A stretch of DNA of 64,000 nucleotides from Hyalangium minutum (GTDB taxonomy: Bacteria > Myxococcota > Myxococcia > Myxococcales > Myxococcaceae): assembly GCF_000737315.1 (NCBI RefSeq), contig NZ_JMCB01000009.1:62001-126000 (forward strand). Reading direction: 5' to 3'. The position numbers and the translations under genes are program-made. The notes below the pieces were generated by a model. The model was not told where the DNA came from. It ran no database searches and worked only from the letters and a program-made list of their open reading frames with translations. Positions 1 to 9,461 of this stretch are shown here, one piece after another (positions within the stretch are counted from its first letter, which is position 1; each line of letters opens with the position of its first letter).

Positions 1-54
1 CTTGCGGCGCCACAGGGCCACAAGCACCTGGTCCGCCGTCATCCCACGCTCCAT
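1..54 (-). CDS. exoC: 5' end of a polysaccharide co-polymerase (Wzc/ExoC-like), runs off the window
   Basis: ATG at 54 with a strong GAGGAGGAGG RBS; reads MERGMTADQVLVALWRRK, a typical Wzc/Wzz N-terminus; lies directly downstream of the OPX and beta-barrel genes. Confidence 0.65.
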   Translation of the reverse strand, partial: MERGMTADQVLVALWRRK

Positions 55-79
55 GTTCTGCTCCTCCTCCTCAGGTGCA

Positions 80-1282
80 CTACCAAGCCGAGATCACCAA
101 CCGGACCGCCAGGACGTTGCGAGCCAGGTCCACCCCGCCCACTTCGTCCTCCACGCCCACCTGGGCAATGCGGTTGACGGTCCCTTGCAGCGCCAGGTAC
201 CGGTTGATCCGGTACTCGGCGCCCAACTCCACTGCATAGCCTTGCGACAGGTACGGCGAACCGGACAGGCGGAACGCGTCCTCGTTGGGCGCACGCCCGT
301 TCCGGAAGTAGCTGGCCACCGCGTTCACGGAGAACTGGTGGTTGATGCGTCGAGCCAGCGCCACGGAGGCGAAGTCCGCCCACAGCGCGTTCTCGAAACC
401 ACTGGCCCCCACCAGGTCATGCCCCAGCGAGATGCCCATATCGAACAGCTCCCCATCGCGGTCCACGGCCACGACGGCCCGAGGCAGCCAGCCGACCTCG
501 CCCTGAGGCGAGACGTAGCGGATGGGGCCTGCGCGCACCGACGCGTTCGTCACGCGGGTGAGCCGGTACCGCAGTCCCGCGAAAGCACCGTGGGCCTGCG
601 AGAAGTCCTCCTGCGTGTAGAAACCCTGATACCGGTACTCCACTCCCAGGGAGAGCCGCCGGGTGCTCCGGTACCAGCCCTCCACGGACGGACTGTGGAC
701 GAAGCCCTGCCGCGTCCCCGTCGCCTCGAACACCCGCGCGCCCTCGATGTTGTAGCTGGCGCGCACGTCCCAGCGCTGCGTCGCCCGCGCCGTGGCGGAC
801 AGCCGCGCCTGCCCATAGAGCGTGGGCGCCAGCGTGCGCGCCACGCCCTCTCGAGGCAGCGAGGTAGGATCCGTCACCCGGAAGAAGCGGCTGGTGAACT
901 CCAGCTGCAGCCGCCGCGACAGGGCGTGGTTCAGATCCAGCCCGGCCCGGTGGTCCAGCGTCGCACCGGCGATGCCCTGCCGCATGAGGAAGTCCGCCGC
1001 GTAGAAGACCTCGCCCTTGGACGTGGGATCCTTCAGTTCCAAGCCCAGGCGCGGAGACAGCTTGCTCACCAGCGGCCCGCCGCCCTCGTTGGCGACGCGC
1101 AGATCATCGTCGTAGCGCCCCTCGGCGACGAGCCGCAGCGAGGAGTCCAGCACCTGGTCCGCCAGTGCGGCGGAGCTGGTGCAGAGCACGCATGCCATCA
1201 GGAGTTTTCGAATGCCACCCATCATCGCCGCCCTCCTCCAGTGCATTCCTCGCCCCTCAGACCCAGCCACCCGCCGCCTCAC
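80..1282 (-). CDS. exoB: Outer-membrane beta-barrel porin of the polysaccharide export pathway (ExoB/EpsX-type)
   Basis: Signal peptide, alternating amphipathic beta strands, C-terminal ...LVISAW aromatic end; overlaps the OPX stop by 4 nt. Confidence 0.75.
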   Translation of the reverse strand: MRRRVAGSEGRGMHWRRAAMMGGIRKLLMACVLCTSSAALADQVLDSSLRLVAEGRYDDDLRVANEGGGPLVSKLSPRLGLELKDPTSKGEVFYAADFLMRQGIAGATLDHRAGLDLNHALSRRLQLEFTSRFFRVTDPTSLPREGVARTLAPTLYGQARLSATARATQRWDVRASYNIEGARVFEATGTRQGFVHSPSVEGWYRSTRRLSLGVEYRYQGFYTQEDFSQAHGAFAGLRYRLTRVTNASVRAGPIRYVSPQGEVGWLPRAVVAVDRDGELFDMGISLGHDLVGASGFENALWADFASVALARRINHQFSVNAVASYFRNGRAPNEDAFRLSGSPYLSQGYAVELGAEYRINRYLALQGTVNRIAQVGVEDEVGGVDLARNVLAVRLVISAW

Positions 1283-1851
1283 GGCACGACGATGGTGTCA
1301 CCGGGGCGGAGGAAGACGTCCTGGCCGCCATCCGGGGAGAGCAGGTCGCTGTAGCGCACCTTGATCTTCCCGACGTCGCCATCGCTGCGGACCACGGTGA
1401 TGCCGTCCGAGTTGGCAAAGTCCGTGAACCCGCCTGCCAGGGCAATGGCCTGGATCAGCGAGACGCGCCCGCGCAGCGGGTAGGCGCCAGGCCGGGCCAC
1501 CTCGCCGGTGACGAAGACGCGGCTGCTGTTCACCTCACGCACGATGACCGTGACGCGCGGCTCCTGAACGTACGGCTGCAGGCGCCCCTTGATCTCCTCG
1601 GCCAGCTCGGTGGGCGTCTTGCCCGCGGCCAGCACATCGCCCGTCATGGGCATGGAGATGTAGCCATCCGGACGCACCGGCAGGGTGCGCGACAGATCCC
1701 CATCCCGCCACACCGCCACGTCCAGCACATCCTCACGGCCGATGCGGTACGGCTGCTCGCTGTTGTCCACCTTCATCGCCGGCTTGTGGGCGCACCCCGC
1801 CAGGAGCAGCACGCCCACCACCGCCCAGAAACTCGCCCGCGTCTTGCTCAT
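1279..1851 (-). CDS. exoA: OPX/Wza-family polysaccharide export lipoprotein, short type lacking the C-terminal OM helix (ExoA/FdgA-like)
   Basis: Lipobox LLAGC, Poly_export motif YRIGREDVLDVAVW...VRPDGYISMP, SLBB domain, ends LRPGDTIVVP; ATG 1851 with GGAGGAGAGG RBS preferred over GTG 1872. Confidence 0.85.
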   Translation of the reverse strand: MSKTRASFWAVVGVLLLAGCAHKPAMKVDNSEQPYRIGREDVLDVAVWRDGDLSRTLPVRPDGYISMPMTGDVLAAGKTPTELAEEIKGRLQPYVQEPRVTVIVREVNSSRVFVTGEVARPGAYPLRGRVSLIQAIALAGGFTDFANSDGITVVRSDGDVGKIKVRYSDLLSPDGGQDVFLRPGDTIVVP

Positions 1852-1953
1852 TGTTGCCTCTCCTCCATCCACGTGTCCCTACTCGTCCCCACTCACTCGT
1901 CCCCCCCTCACTTGTGAGCGAGAAGAACGAAGTGCCATCGGCCCGTTTGCCGT

Positions 1954-1969
1954 AGCACTGGGCGTGCCA
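1954..1969 (-). promoter_or_regulatory. sigma54 (-24/-12) promoter of the exo operon
   Basis: Minus strand TGGCACGCCCAGTGCT = GG-N10-GC, about 100 nt upstream of the exoA start. Confidence 0.75.
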
Positions 1970-2163
1970 CGAACCTCTGGAGGGGAAAACCATTGGATCG
2001 CGGTGGGTTGCGCGTTTCCCTGGGCAAAGCTGCCTCACAGTCCGGGAAAATTTTCTGGCAGGTGACTCCCGATCCTGCCGGACCTTTCCGCTGATCCGAA
2101 CCCGGGTGGGCAAAAGATTTCCCTCACGGAGGCGAGCGCCCCCCCCTGGATCCACGCGTGGCT

Positions 2164-2180
2164 TCGGCACGCTGCTTGAA
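2164..2180 (+). promoter_or_regulatory. sigma54-like promoter for the small divergent ORF
   Basis: TCGGCACGCTGCTTGAA: GG-N10-GA, good -24 element and near-consensus -12. Confidence 0.4.
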
Positions 2181-2229
2181 AAGGAGAAACACGCGCGGGT
2201 GATGAACCCAAGGATACGGAGAGGGATCT

Positions 2230-2424
2230 ATGCGGAAGGCGGCGGCGGCGGTGGTGGGGGCGTTCATGACGGGTGGCGTGGCGATGGCGATGCTGAGCTC
2301 GATGCTTGGCCCGCTCTCGGAGGCCGCGGTGCTGGGGCTGGTGGGCGCGAGCCTCTACGCGGGCAGCGCGATCCTTCAGGGCAAGATGGAGGCGCCGGCG
2401 AGCGGCCTTGCCAAGGAAGCCTAG
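2230..2424 (+). CDS. Small (64 aa) two-helix hydrophobic protein
   Basis: GAGGG RBS, GC3-rich codons, two hydrophobic segments, fills the intergenic space. Confidence 0.6.
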   Translation: MRKAAAAVVGAFMTGGVAMAMLSSMLGPLSEAAVLGLVGASLYAGSAILQGKMEAPASGLAKEA

Positions 2425-2589
2425 GCAAGGCCTCGGCACCCCGAAGGGCGACCGGAAGTTGTTACGGCTACAGGGGGCCGAAGTTTTCAGGGCCGTTCGC
2501 AGGGCAGGCGAGCAAGCACGCTCCGACCTTCGGCCATCTGCCTTCACCTTCGGTCAGCGCACTACCAGTTTCTCCTAGGGCTGGTTGCG

Positions 2590-4497
2590 TTGCCGGGGGG
2601 GTCACCTTTGCGGTCCACCAATCACTTTCAGCTCACCCTGGGCGCACAGCCGCTCGGGGATGGGCGCACCCGCTTTCGTGTCTGGGCAGCTCGGCGGAAG
2701 AGCGTCGATGTGGCCCTGCACGAGCCTGGCGGATTGCGCTACCTGCCTCTCGAGAAGACCGCAGATGGCTACTTCGAGGGCACTCACACAGCGTCCGTGG
2801 GAGCGCACTACAAGTACCGGCTGGACGGCGGAGAGACGTACCCGGATCCGTGCTCGCGTTTCCAACCCGAGGGGCCTCATGGGCCCTCGCGGATCGTGGA
2901 CCCGAGCCGCTACGCATGGAAGGACCGGGAGTGGCGCGGCGTGCCCTCCATCAAGGGGCAAGTCCTCTACGAACTGCACCTGGGCACCTTCACCCCCGAA
3001 GGGACCTATGCCGCTGCGGCGGCGAAGCTGCCGCTGCTGAAAGAGCTGGGCGTCACGGTGGTGGAGCTGATGCCACTGCACACCTTTCCGGGCCGCTACA
3101 ACTGGGGCTACGACGGGGTGACGCTCTTCGCGCCGTGTGCCGTGTACGGCGAGCCGGATGATCTGCGGCGGCTGGTGGAAGAAGCGCACCGGCTGGGGCT
3201 CGGCATCATCCTGGACGTCGTCTACAACCACCTCGGTCCGGACGGGAACTACCTGTCCCAGTATTCGCAGGGGTACTTCAACCCGAAGTATCCCAACGAG
3301 TGGGGCGACCCGACCAACTTCGATGACGGCGAGGCGGCGGGGCCCTCGCGCGACTTCTTCACCCAGAACGCCTGCCTCTGGGTCGCCGAGTACCACTTCG
3401 ATGGGCTGCGGATCGACGCGACGCAGAGCCTCTACGACGCCTCGCCCACGCACATCGTGAAGGAGCTGGTGGACAAGACGCGCGCGGCCGTCGGCGATCG
3501 GAAGCTCCTCCTCATTGGCGAGAACGAACCGCAGGATGTGCGCATCGTCTCTCCCTCGGAGAAGGGCGGCTACGGTGCGGATGGGCTGTGGGTGGATGAC
3601 TTCCACCACACGGCGCGAGTGGCCTCCGTGGGCCGCTCCGAGGCGTACCTGCAGGACTACTGCGGCAGTGCCCAGGAGCTGCTGTCCTGCGCGCTGCGCA
3701 ACTCGCTGTACCAGGGCCAATACTACAGCTGGCAGAAGAAGCGCCGAGGCTCTCCGCTGCTGCGCACCGCTCCCGAGCACATCGTCTTCTACCTGCAGAA
3801 CCACGATCAGCTCGCCAACACGCTCCGGGGCCAGCGGCTCCATGTGACGGCCGGGTACGCGAGGGCCCGCGCGCTGACGACGCTGCTGCTGCTGCTGCCG
3901 CAGACACCCATGCTCTTCATGGGACAGGAGTTCTTCGCGTCGTCGCCCTTCCACTACTTCGTGGATCACAAGCCGGAGCTCCAGAAGCTGGTCCAGAAGG
4001 GCCGCAACGAGTTCCTCTCCCAGTTCGAGAGCGCGCAGCAGGCCCTGGAGGTGGAGGGGCATGAGGTGCCCATTGGCGACGAGGCGTTCCAAGCCTCCAA
4101 GCTGAACTGGGACGAGCACACCCGGAACGCGGATGCGCTGCGGCTGCACCAGGAACTGCTGCGGCTTCGCAAAGAGGATCCGGTGTTCGCGGCGCAGGAT
4201 CCGAGCCGGCTCGCGGGAGCGGTTCTCTGTTCGCATGCCCTGGTGCTGCGCTACTTCGGCACCGGGCAGGAAGGCGACCGCCTGCTCCTGCTCAACCTGG
4301 GCACGGGGTTGGACTTGGAGCCGTGCCCGGAGCCACTTCTCGCGCCGGAGCCGGGAAAAATCTGGCGGCTCCTACTGTCTTCTGAGCACGTCCGCTACGG
4401 CGGCATGGGCGCACCCGCACTCCCCGGAGAGGGGCGGCTGCGCATTCCTGGACAGACAGCACTCGTGTTGACGAGCACCGAGGAGAAGAAAGCGTGA
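2590..4497 (+). CDS. treZ: Malto-oligosyltrehalose trehalohydrolase (GH13 with N-terminal CBM48-like domain)
   Basis: YELHLGTFT, YNWGYDG, catalytic DGLRIDA / GENE / QNHDQ motifs; start uncertain. Confidence 0.9.
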   Translation: MPGGSPLRSTNHFQLTLGAQPLGDGRTRFRVWAARRKSVDVALHEPGGLRYLPLEKTADGYFEGTHTASVGAHYKYRLDGGETYPDPCSRFQPEGPHGPSRIVDPSRYAWKDREWRGVPSIKGQVLYELHLGTFTPEGTYAAAAAKLPLLKELGVTVVELMPLHTFPGRYNWGYDGVTLFAPCAVYGEPDDLRRLVEEAHRLGLGIILDVVYNHLGPDGNYLSQYSQGYFNPKYPNEWGDPTNFDDGEAAGPSRDFFTQNACLWVAEYHFDGLRIDATQSLYDASPTHIVKELVDKTRAAVGDRKLLLIGENEPQDVRIVSPSEKGGYGADGLWVDDFHHTARVASVGRSEAYLQDYCGSAQELLSCALRNSLYQGQYYSWQKKRRGSPLLRTAPEHIVFYLQNHDQLANTLRGQRLHVTAGYARARALTTLLLLLPQTPMLFMGQEFFASSPFHYFVDHKPELQKLVQKGRNEFLSQFESAQQALEVEGHEVPIGDEAFQASKLNWDEHTRNADALRLHQELLRLRKEDPVFAAQDPSRLAGAVLCSHALVLRYFGTGQEGDRLLLLNLGTGLDLEPCPEPLLAPEPGKIWRLLLSSEHVRYGGMGAPALPGEGRLRIPGQTALVLTSTEEKKA

Positions 4498-6533
4498 CCT
4501 CCGTCGCAGACCCCTCCCCCGCCCTGCCTCACCTGGGCTTCGACTGGGCCCATGGCCCGGAGTTCTCGGACACCATCGGCCGGGAGTGGCTGGTGACCAA
4601 CGGCCGAGGTGGGTATGCCTCGGGCACCGTGGCCGGCTGCAACACGCGCCGCTACCACGGGCTGTTCGTCCCCACGCTGCCCAAGCGCGGACGCATGGTG
4701 CTGCTCGCCCGGCTGGTCGAGCAGGCCCAGGTGTCGGGCCACGTGTACTCGCTGAGCACGGAGGAGCACGCGGACAGCCAGGTGCTGCAGGACGGCGTCC
4801 GAGGGCTCCGGCGCTTCTACCTGGATGGGCTGATCCCCGTCTGGGAGTACGCGCTCGGCCCAGCGCTCCTGCGGCGCAAGCTGATGATGGTGCACGGGGA
4901 GAACACCGTCTTCGTGATGTGGGAACACATCTCGGGGCCAGAGGTCCATCTGCGGCTGCGGCCCTTCCCCGTGGCCCGGCTGCACGACCGGCCGATGCCC
5001 ACCGAAACGCATGAGCCCATCGTCCGCCTCCAAGGCGATCGCGTGGAGATGCAGGCCACGCCGGACGCGCCGCCCATGCGCATGCGGCTGCGCGCCAGCT
5101 GCGCCATGCCCTTCGTGGCACTGGCCCAGAGCTCCGCGCCACTGCTCTACCGCACGGAGCGCTCGCGCGGGTACGACCACGCAGAGATCCAGCACAGCCC
5201 CGGCTACTTCGAGTGCAGCGTGGGCCCGGGCGAAGTCCTGGCGCTCGGCGTCACGACGGAGGACTGGTGGGTGCTGGACCGGGATTCCCGTCAGGCCTTC
5301 GAGCTGGAGCGCGAGCGCGAGCGGCGGCTGCTGAGCCGGGCGCCGGACGAGGCGCGGGGAGGCATCCCCGCGCGCATGGTGCTGGCCGCGGACCAGTTCA
5401 TCATCGATCCGATGCGTCCCAAGGATGACGCGTGGGCGCGCTCGATCGGCCAGGACGCGCGCAGCGTGATCGCGGGCTACCACTGGTTCACGGACTGGGG
5501 CCGGGACACGATGATCTCGCTCGAGGGCCTCACGCTGTGCACGGGGCGCTACCGCGAGGCGGCGGCCATCCTGCGGACCTTCGAGCACTACGTGCGCGAG
5601 GGGCTCATCCCCAACTACTTCCCCGACGGTGAGAACGAGGGCGTGTACCACACGGCGGACGCAACCCTGTGGTTCTTCCACGCGGTGGATCGCTACCTGG
5701 AGACGACGCAAGACACGCAGCTGCTGAAGGACATCTATCCCTCGCTGGCCAGCATCATCGAGCACCACATACGGGGGACGAATTTCCACATCGGCGTGGA
5801 TGAGCGGGACGGGCTGCTCAGCCAGGGCCAGGAGGGCTACCAGCTCACCTGGATGGACGCCAAGGTGGACGGCTGGGTGGTGACGCCCCGGCGCGGCAAG
5901 GCGGTGGAGATCAACGCGCTCTGGTTCAACGCGCTGCGTCTGATGGCGGGCTGGGCAGAGAAGCTGGGCAAGGATGCGAACCCGTACATGGGAGCAGCCG
6001 AGCGCGCGTACGGCAGCTTCAACAAGCGCTTCTGGAATCCGGAGACGAACTGCCTCTTCGACGTGGTGGATGGCGAGGACGGGGAGGACGATCCAGCCAT
6101 CCGGCCCAACCAGGTGTTCACGATCTCGCTGCGCCACCCGGTGCTGCGGCGCGAGCGCTGGGAGGCGGTGCTGGAGGTGGTGCGGCGGGATCTGCTCACG
6201 CCGGTGGGGCTGCGGAGCCTGGCGCCAGGCCACTCGGACTACAAGGCCAACTACGACGGGGATCTGCGGGCGCGTGACGCGGCGTACCACCAGGGCACGG
6301 TGTGGGGCTGGCTGATCGGCCACTACATCGACGCGACGCTGAAGGTGAACCCGGACATCAAGGCGGCACGGGCGCTGCTCACGGGCCTGGAGCACCACCT
6401 GGAGCACGCGGGCGTGGGGCAGATCAGCGAGATCTTCGACGCCACCGAGCCCTACCGGCCGCGCGGTTGCATCGCACAGGCCTGGAGCGTGGCCGAGGCG
6501 CTGCGGGTCTTCCTGAAGACCCACGTCACCTGA
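4494..6533 (+). CDS. Amylo-alpha-1,6-glucosidase (glycogen debranching enzyme, GDE_N + GDE_C)
   Basis: REWLVTNGRGGYASGT, AGYHWFTDWGRDTMI, LTWMDAK, AYHQGTVW, AQAWSVAE; GTGA overlap with treZ. Confidence 0.9.
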   Translation: MTSVADPSPALPHLGFDWAHGPEFSDTIGREWLVTNGRGGYASGTVAGCNTRRYHGLFVPTLPKRGRMVLLARLVEQAQVSGHVYSLSTEEHADSQVLQDGVRGLRRFYLDGLIPVWEYALGPALLRRKLMMVHGENTVFVMWEHISGPEVHLRLRPFPVARLHDRPMPTETHEPIVRLQGDRVEMQATPDAPPMRMRLRASCAMPFVALAQSSAPLLYRTERSRGYDHAEIQHSPGYFECSVGPGEVLALGVTTEDWWVLDRDSRQAFELERERERRLLSRAPDEARGGIPARMVLAADQFIIDPMRPKDDAWARSIGQDARSVIAGYHWFTDWGRDTMISLEGLTLCTGRYREAAAILRTFEHYVREGLIPNYFPDGENEGVYHTADATLWFFHAVDRYLETTQDTQLLKDIYPSLASIIEHHIRGTNFHIGVDERDGLLSQGQEGYQLTWMDAKVDGWVVTPRRGKAVEINALWFNALRLMAGWAEKLGKDANPYMGAAERAYGSFNKRFWNPETNCLFDVVDGEDGEDDPAIRPNQVFTISLRHPVLRRERWEAVLEVVRRDLLTPVGLRSLAPGHSDYKANYDGDLRARDAAYHQGTVWGWLIGHYIDATLKVNPDIKAARALLTGLEHHLEHAGVGQISEIFDATEPYRPRGCIAQAWSVAEALRVFLKTHVT

Positions 6534-6600
6534 CCCCTCCCTCCTTCCCGGAGACGGCTTTGGGCTAGACTCCACGGACTCTCGCTGGAGTCGCCAGCCC

Positions 6601-7329
6601 ATGCAGATGTCCTGTGAAGTGTGCCACGCCCCGTTGCGCCCCGAGGACGTCCGCCTGGACCTCGCGGTGGCCAAGTGCCACTCGTGCAACGCGGTCTACG
6701 ATCTGTCCGGGCGCAAGGCGCGCGGGCTCACCGTGACGTCCCCGGAGAAGCACAAGCTCGTCCGGGCCAAGGCCCCTCTGCCCAAGCGCTTCCGGGTGGA
6801 GGACAGCGATGGGATGACCCGCATCCGCTGGCGGTGGTTCACCCCGTCTCACCTCTTCATGCTCGTGTTCTGCATCTTCTGGAACGGGTTCCTGGTTGTC
6901 TGGTACGGCATCTCGTTCACAGTAGGGGCTCCACTCATCATGAAGCTCTTCCCCCTCCTCCACGTGGCCGTGGGGTTGGGCCTCTCCTATTCCACGCTCA
7001 CGGGGTTGGTGAACCGCACGGTCATCGAGGTCAGCCGCAACCAGCTCACCATCCGCCACGGCCCCCTACCCTGGCGGGGCAACCGGAGCGAGCCGGGCCG
7101 GCAGTTCACGCAGCTCTACGGTGAAGAGATTTTCCGGACGAACAAGGGCCACACCACCTTCACCTATGATCTGATCGCCCTGGATCGCGAGGGCCGGAAG
7201 GTGAAGCTGCTCAGCGGCCTCACCGAGAAGGATCAGGTGCTCTACCTGGAGCAGACCCTGGAGCGCCGCCTGGGCATCGAGGACGCGCCCGTGGACGGCG
7301 AGATCGCCGCGCGCACCCCGGCCGCCTGA
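6601..7329 (+). CDS. Hypothetical membrane protein with an N-terminal Zn-finger-like CxxC...CxxC, two TM helices and a PH-like C-terminal domain
   Basis: CEVC and CHSC motifs, two hydrophobic helices, coding-like GC3. Confidence 0.65.
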   Translation: MQMSCEVCHAPLRPEDVRLDLAVAKCHSCNAVYDLSGRKARGLTVTSPEKHKLVRAKAPLPKRFRVEDSDGMTRIRWRWFTPSHLFMLVFCIFWNGFLVVWYGISFTVGAPLIMKLFPLLHVAVGLGLSYSTLTGLVNRTVIEVSRNQLTIRHGPLPWRGNRSEPGRQFTQLYGEEIFRTNKGHTTFTYDLIALDREGRKVKLLSGLTEKDQVLYLEQTLERRLGIEDAPVDGEIAARTPAA

Positions 7330-7391
7330 GGCGTTCCTGAGGTGTGAAGGAGTGCTCGCGTCTCCCTACCGTCTGGGTAGAGTGCGCCACC

Positions 7392-7823
7392 ATGGCGAAG
7401 ACCCAGTACTGGCTGATCAAGAGTGAGCCCTCCGTCTACCCGTACACCCAGCTCGAGAAGGACGGGAAGACGGACTGGACGGGCATCCGGAACTACGAGG
7501 CTCGCAACAACCTCCGGGCCATGAAGCCAGGGGACCTGTGCCTCTACTACCACTCGAACGAGGGCAAGGCCGTGGTCGCCGTGGCCCAGGTGCTCACTGC
7601 GGCCGGACCGGACCCCACCGCGCCGGGTGAGGACTGGGCCTCGGTCGAGGTCGCCCCCGTGGTGGCCCTCAAGGAGCCTGTCACCCTGGCGACCTTCAAG
7701 AAGACACCCGCGTTCAAGGATCTGCAGCTCATCACCAAGAGCCGGATCAGCGTGGTGCCCGTCTCCGCCGAGCACTTCAAGGCCATCCTCAAGCTGGGGA
7801 AGACGGCCCTGCCCAAGAAATAG
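7392..7823 (+). CDS. EVE domain protein
   Basis: YWLIKSEP, WTGIRNYEARNNL, YYHS, SRISVVPV hallmarks; ATG 7392 preferred over 7344. Confidence 0.9.
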   Translation: MAKTQYWLIKSEPSVYPYTQLEKDGKTDWTGIRNYEARNNLRAMKPGDLCLYYHSNEGKAVVAVAQVLTAAGPDPTAPGEDWASVEVAPVVALKEPVTLATFKKTPAFKDLQLITKSRISVVPVSAEHFKAILKLGKTALPKK

Positions 7824-7828
7824 CCGGG

Positions 7829-8395
7829 CTACCTGCGCGGCTCGGGGGGACGCGGGCCCTGCTCGTCGAGGGGGCCGTGGCGCATGATGCGGATCTCGCG
7901 CCGCATGTCGCCCATCTCGGCCTCGAGCTTCTGCCAGGTGTCGGGCCCCAGCAGCCGCTTGATCTGGAGCATCAACCCGATCCGGTTCTTGCGCACCGCC
8001 AGCTCCGCGCGCCCCACCACCTCCACCTGCTGCATGACGGCACTGTCGGCCGGGTTCGGCGAGCGCAGCAGCTTGTCCAGCGCGAGCTGGGCCCGCTTCA
8101 TGTCCGCCTCCAGGGAGATGAGCTGCTCGTTCGCGTCGAAGGTCAGGTCCTGCACCTTCTGCACGAGCTCCTTCGACAGCCCAAGCTTCTCCGCCACTTG
8201 CGGAGGGATGCCATTGGCCGACGGTGGCAGGGCCACCATCATGGGCGGCGCGGGAGGAGGAGGAGGAAGCGGCGGAGGCGGAGGCAGACCTTGTCCGGTG
8301 CCCCGCTCGATGACGACATCCTGCTGCTGGGCCAGCGCGGGGGCAGCGAACAGCGCCACCGCGAGTCCAAGGGTCCACATGGGTTTGAGGCTCAT
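7829..8395 (-). CDS. Periplasmic Spy/CpxP/ZraP-like helical protein
   Basis: Signal peptide, Pro-rich linker, helical LGLSKELVQKV...LLGPDTWQKL pattern of the LTXXQ/heavy-metal sensor family. Confidence 0.65.
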   Translation of the reverse strand: MSLKPMWTLGLAVALFAAPALAQQQDVVIERGTGQGLPPPPPLPPPPPAPPMMVALPPSANGIPPQVAEKLGLSKELVQKVQDLTFDANEQLISLEADMKRAQLALDKLLRSPNPADSAVMQQVEVVGRAELAVRKNRIGLMLQIKRLLGPDTWQKLEAEMGDMRREIRIMRHGPLDEQGPRPPEPRR

Positions 8396-8922
8396 CGTGC
8401 AAGCTCCTGAGTCGGTGAAGGGTGAAGCGGGGCGATTGCCCGCTGGAAGGACCGGTCGCTCAGCGCCGTGGACGCCGGGGGGCGGACCCAGAGCGCGAGC
8501 ATTCCGAAGGGTTTGTAGATCTCGTCATCGAAGGTGGGGTCGCGCTGCGTGTAGCTCGCGATCTCCTCGGCCAGCAGATCGAGCGCGGGCAGCGTGAGCA
8601 CCGTCTCGACGGGCGACTCCTTCATGGGTGCGACCGGAACCTCCCGAGGCGAGACAGCGAAGACCAGGGCCGCCAGGGCTCCGGCCACGGCTGTGCCCGC
8701 GACCGCCCGGCGTCGATGCTGGCGGCGGCGCACCTCGCCCTGGATGGACTGAGGGGAGAGCGGCTGCAGCGGTGGCGGCGCTGGCATCCGCAGCGACGAA
8801 GCCGAGGCCTGCAGCCGGGAAAGCTCGCGGCACCGAGGGCACTGGTCCAGGTGGGCCTGGAAGCCCTCGGGGCGTGGCAGCCCATCGTCCAAGATCGCCG
8901 CAGCCACACCGTCGCAGCTCAT
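8392..8922 (-). CDS. Zinc-binding (ZAS) anti-sigma factor
   Basis: HLDQCPRC (HxxxCxxC), single TM helix; overlaps the sigma stop by 4 nt; ATG at 8922. Confidence 0.75.
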   Translation of the reverse strand: MSCDGVAAAILDDGLPRPEGFQAHLDQCPRCRELSRLQASASSLRMPAPPPLQPLSPQSIQGEVRRRQHRRRAVAGTAVAGALAALVFAVSPREVPVAPMKESPVETVLTLPALDLLAEEIASYTQRDPTFDDEIYKPFGMLALWVRPPASTALSDRSFQRAIAPLHPSPTQELAR

Positions 8923-9461
8923 GGCGTGTCTCCTTTCACGATCAGCGCATCCGCGGCCTTGAGCTTCTGCAGCGCACGGTAGAGGTGGATGCGGACCGTT
9001 CCTCGTTCGATGCCCATGGCCTCGGCGATGCCGTCGAGGTCCAGGCCCTCCAGGTAGCGGAGGGTGAAGGCCGTAGCCTGTTGGGTGGGGAGGTTCCTCA
9101 GGGCGCGGCCAAAGGCCTGCCAGCGCTCGACACCTTCGAAAGACTCCTCGGGCGAGGGCTGGGGTGCGGGCCCCAGATCGAGCACCTCGCGCAGCACATT
9201 CCACACGCGCTTGCGGCGCAGCAGCCCCATGGCCCGCGAGACGAGGATGCGCCTCAGCCAGGCTGGGCCCGCCTGGGGATCCCTCAGCAAGCGGCGCTTC
9301 TCATACGCATCCGCGAGCGCAGCCTGGACGAGATCCCGTGCCTCCTCCGCATCCCAGACGAGCCGCCGGGCGAGCCGGAGCAGCGCGGCCTGCTCACCCG
9401 CCACGAGGGCGTCGAAGTCGAGCGCGGCGCTGGCGCGGAGCTCGATTGACGTCTCGTCCAT
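8919..9461 (-). CDS. ECF RNA polymerase sigma factor
   Basis: Region 2 (EARDLVQAAL...AWLRRI) and region 4.2 (LEGLDLDGIAEAMGIERGTVRIHLYRA); ATG 9461 or GTG 9479. Confidence 0.9.
   Translation of the reverse strand: MDETSIELRASAALDFDALVAGEQAALLRLARRLVWDAEEARDLVQAALADAYEKRRLLRDPQAGPAWLRRILVSRAMGLLRRKRVWNVLREVLDLGPAPQPSPEESFEGVERWQAFGRALRNLPTQQATAFTLRYLEGLDLDGIAEAMGIERGTVRIHLYRALQKLKAADALIVKGDTP

Noticed and set aside
80-1851. Short OPX plus separate beta-barrel as a novel export architecture
   Set aside because: Already described for the myxobacterial EPS/Exo/BPS pathways
2595-2601. G7 tract at the treZ 5' end as a phase-variation site
   Set aside because: G7 is common at this GC content and the treZ start is uncertain
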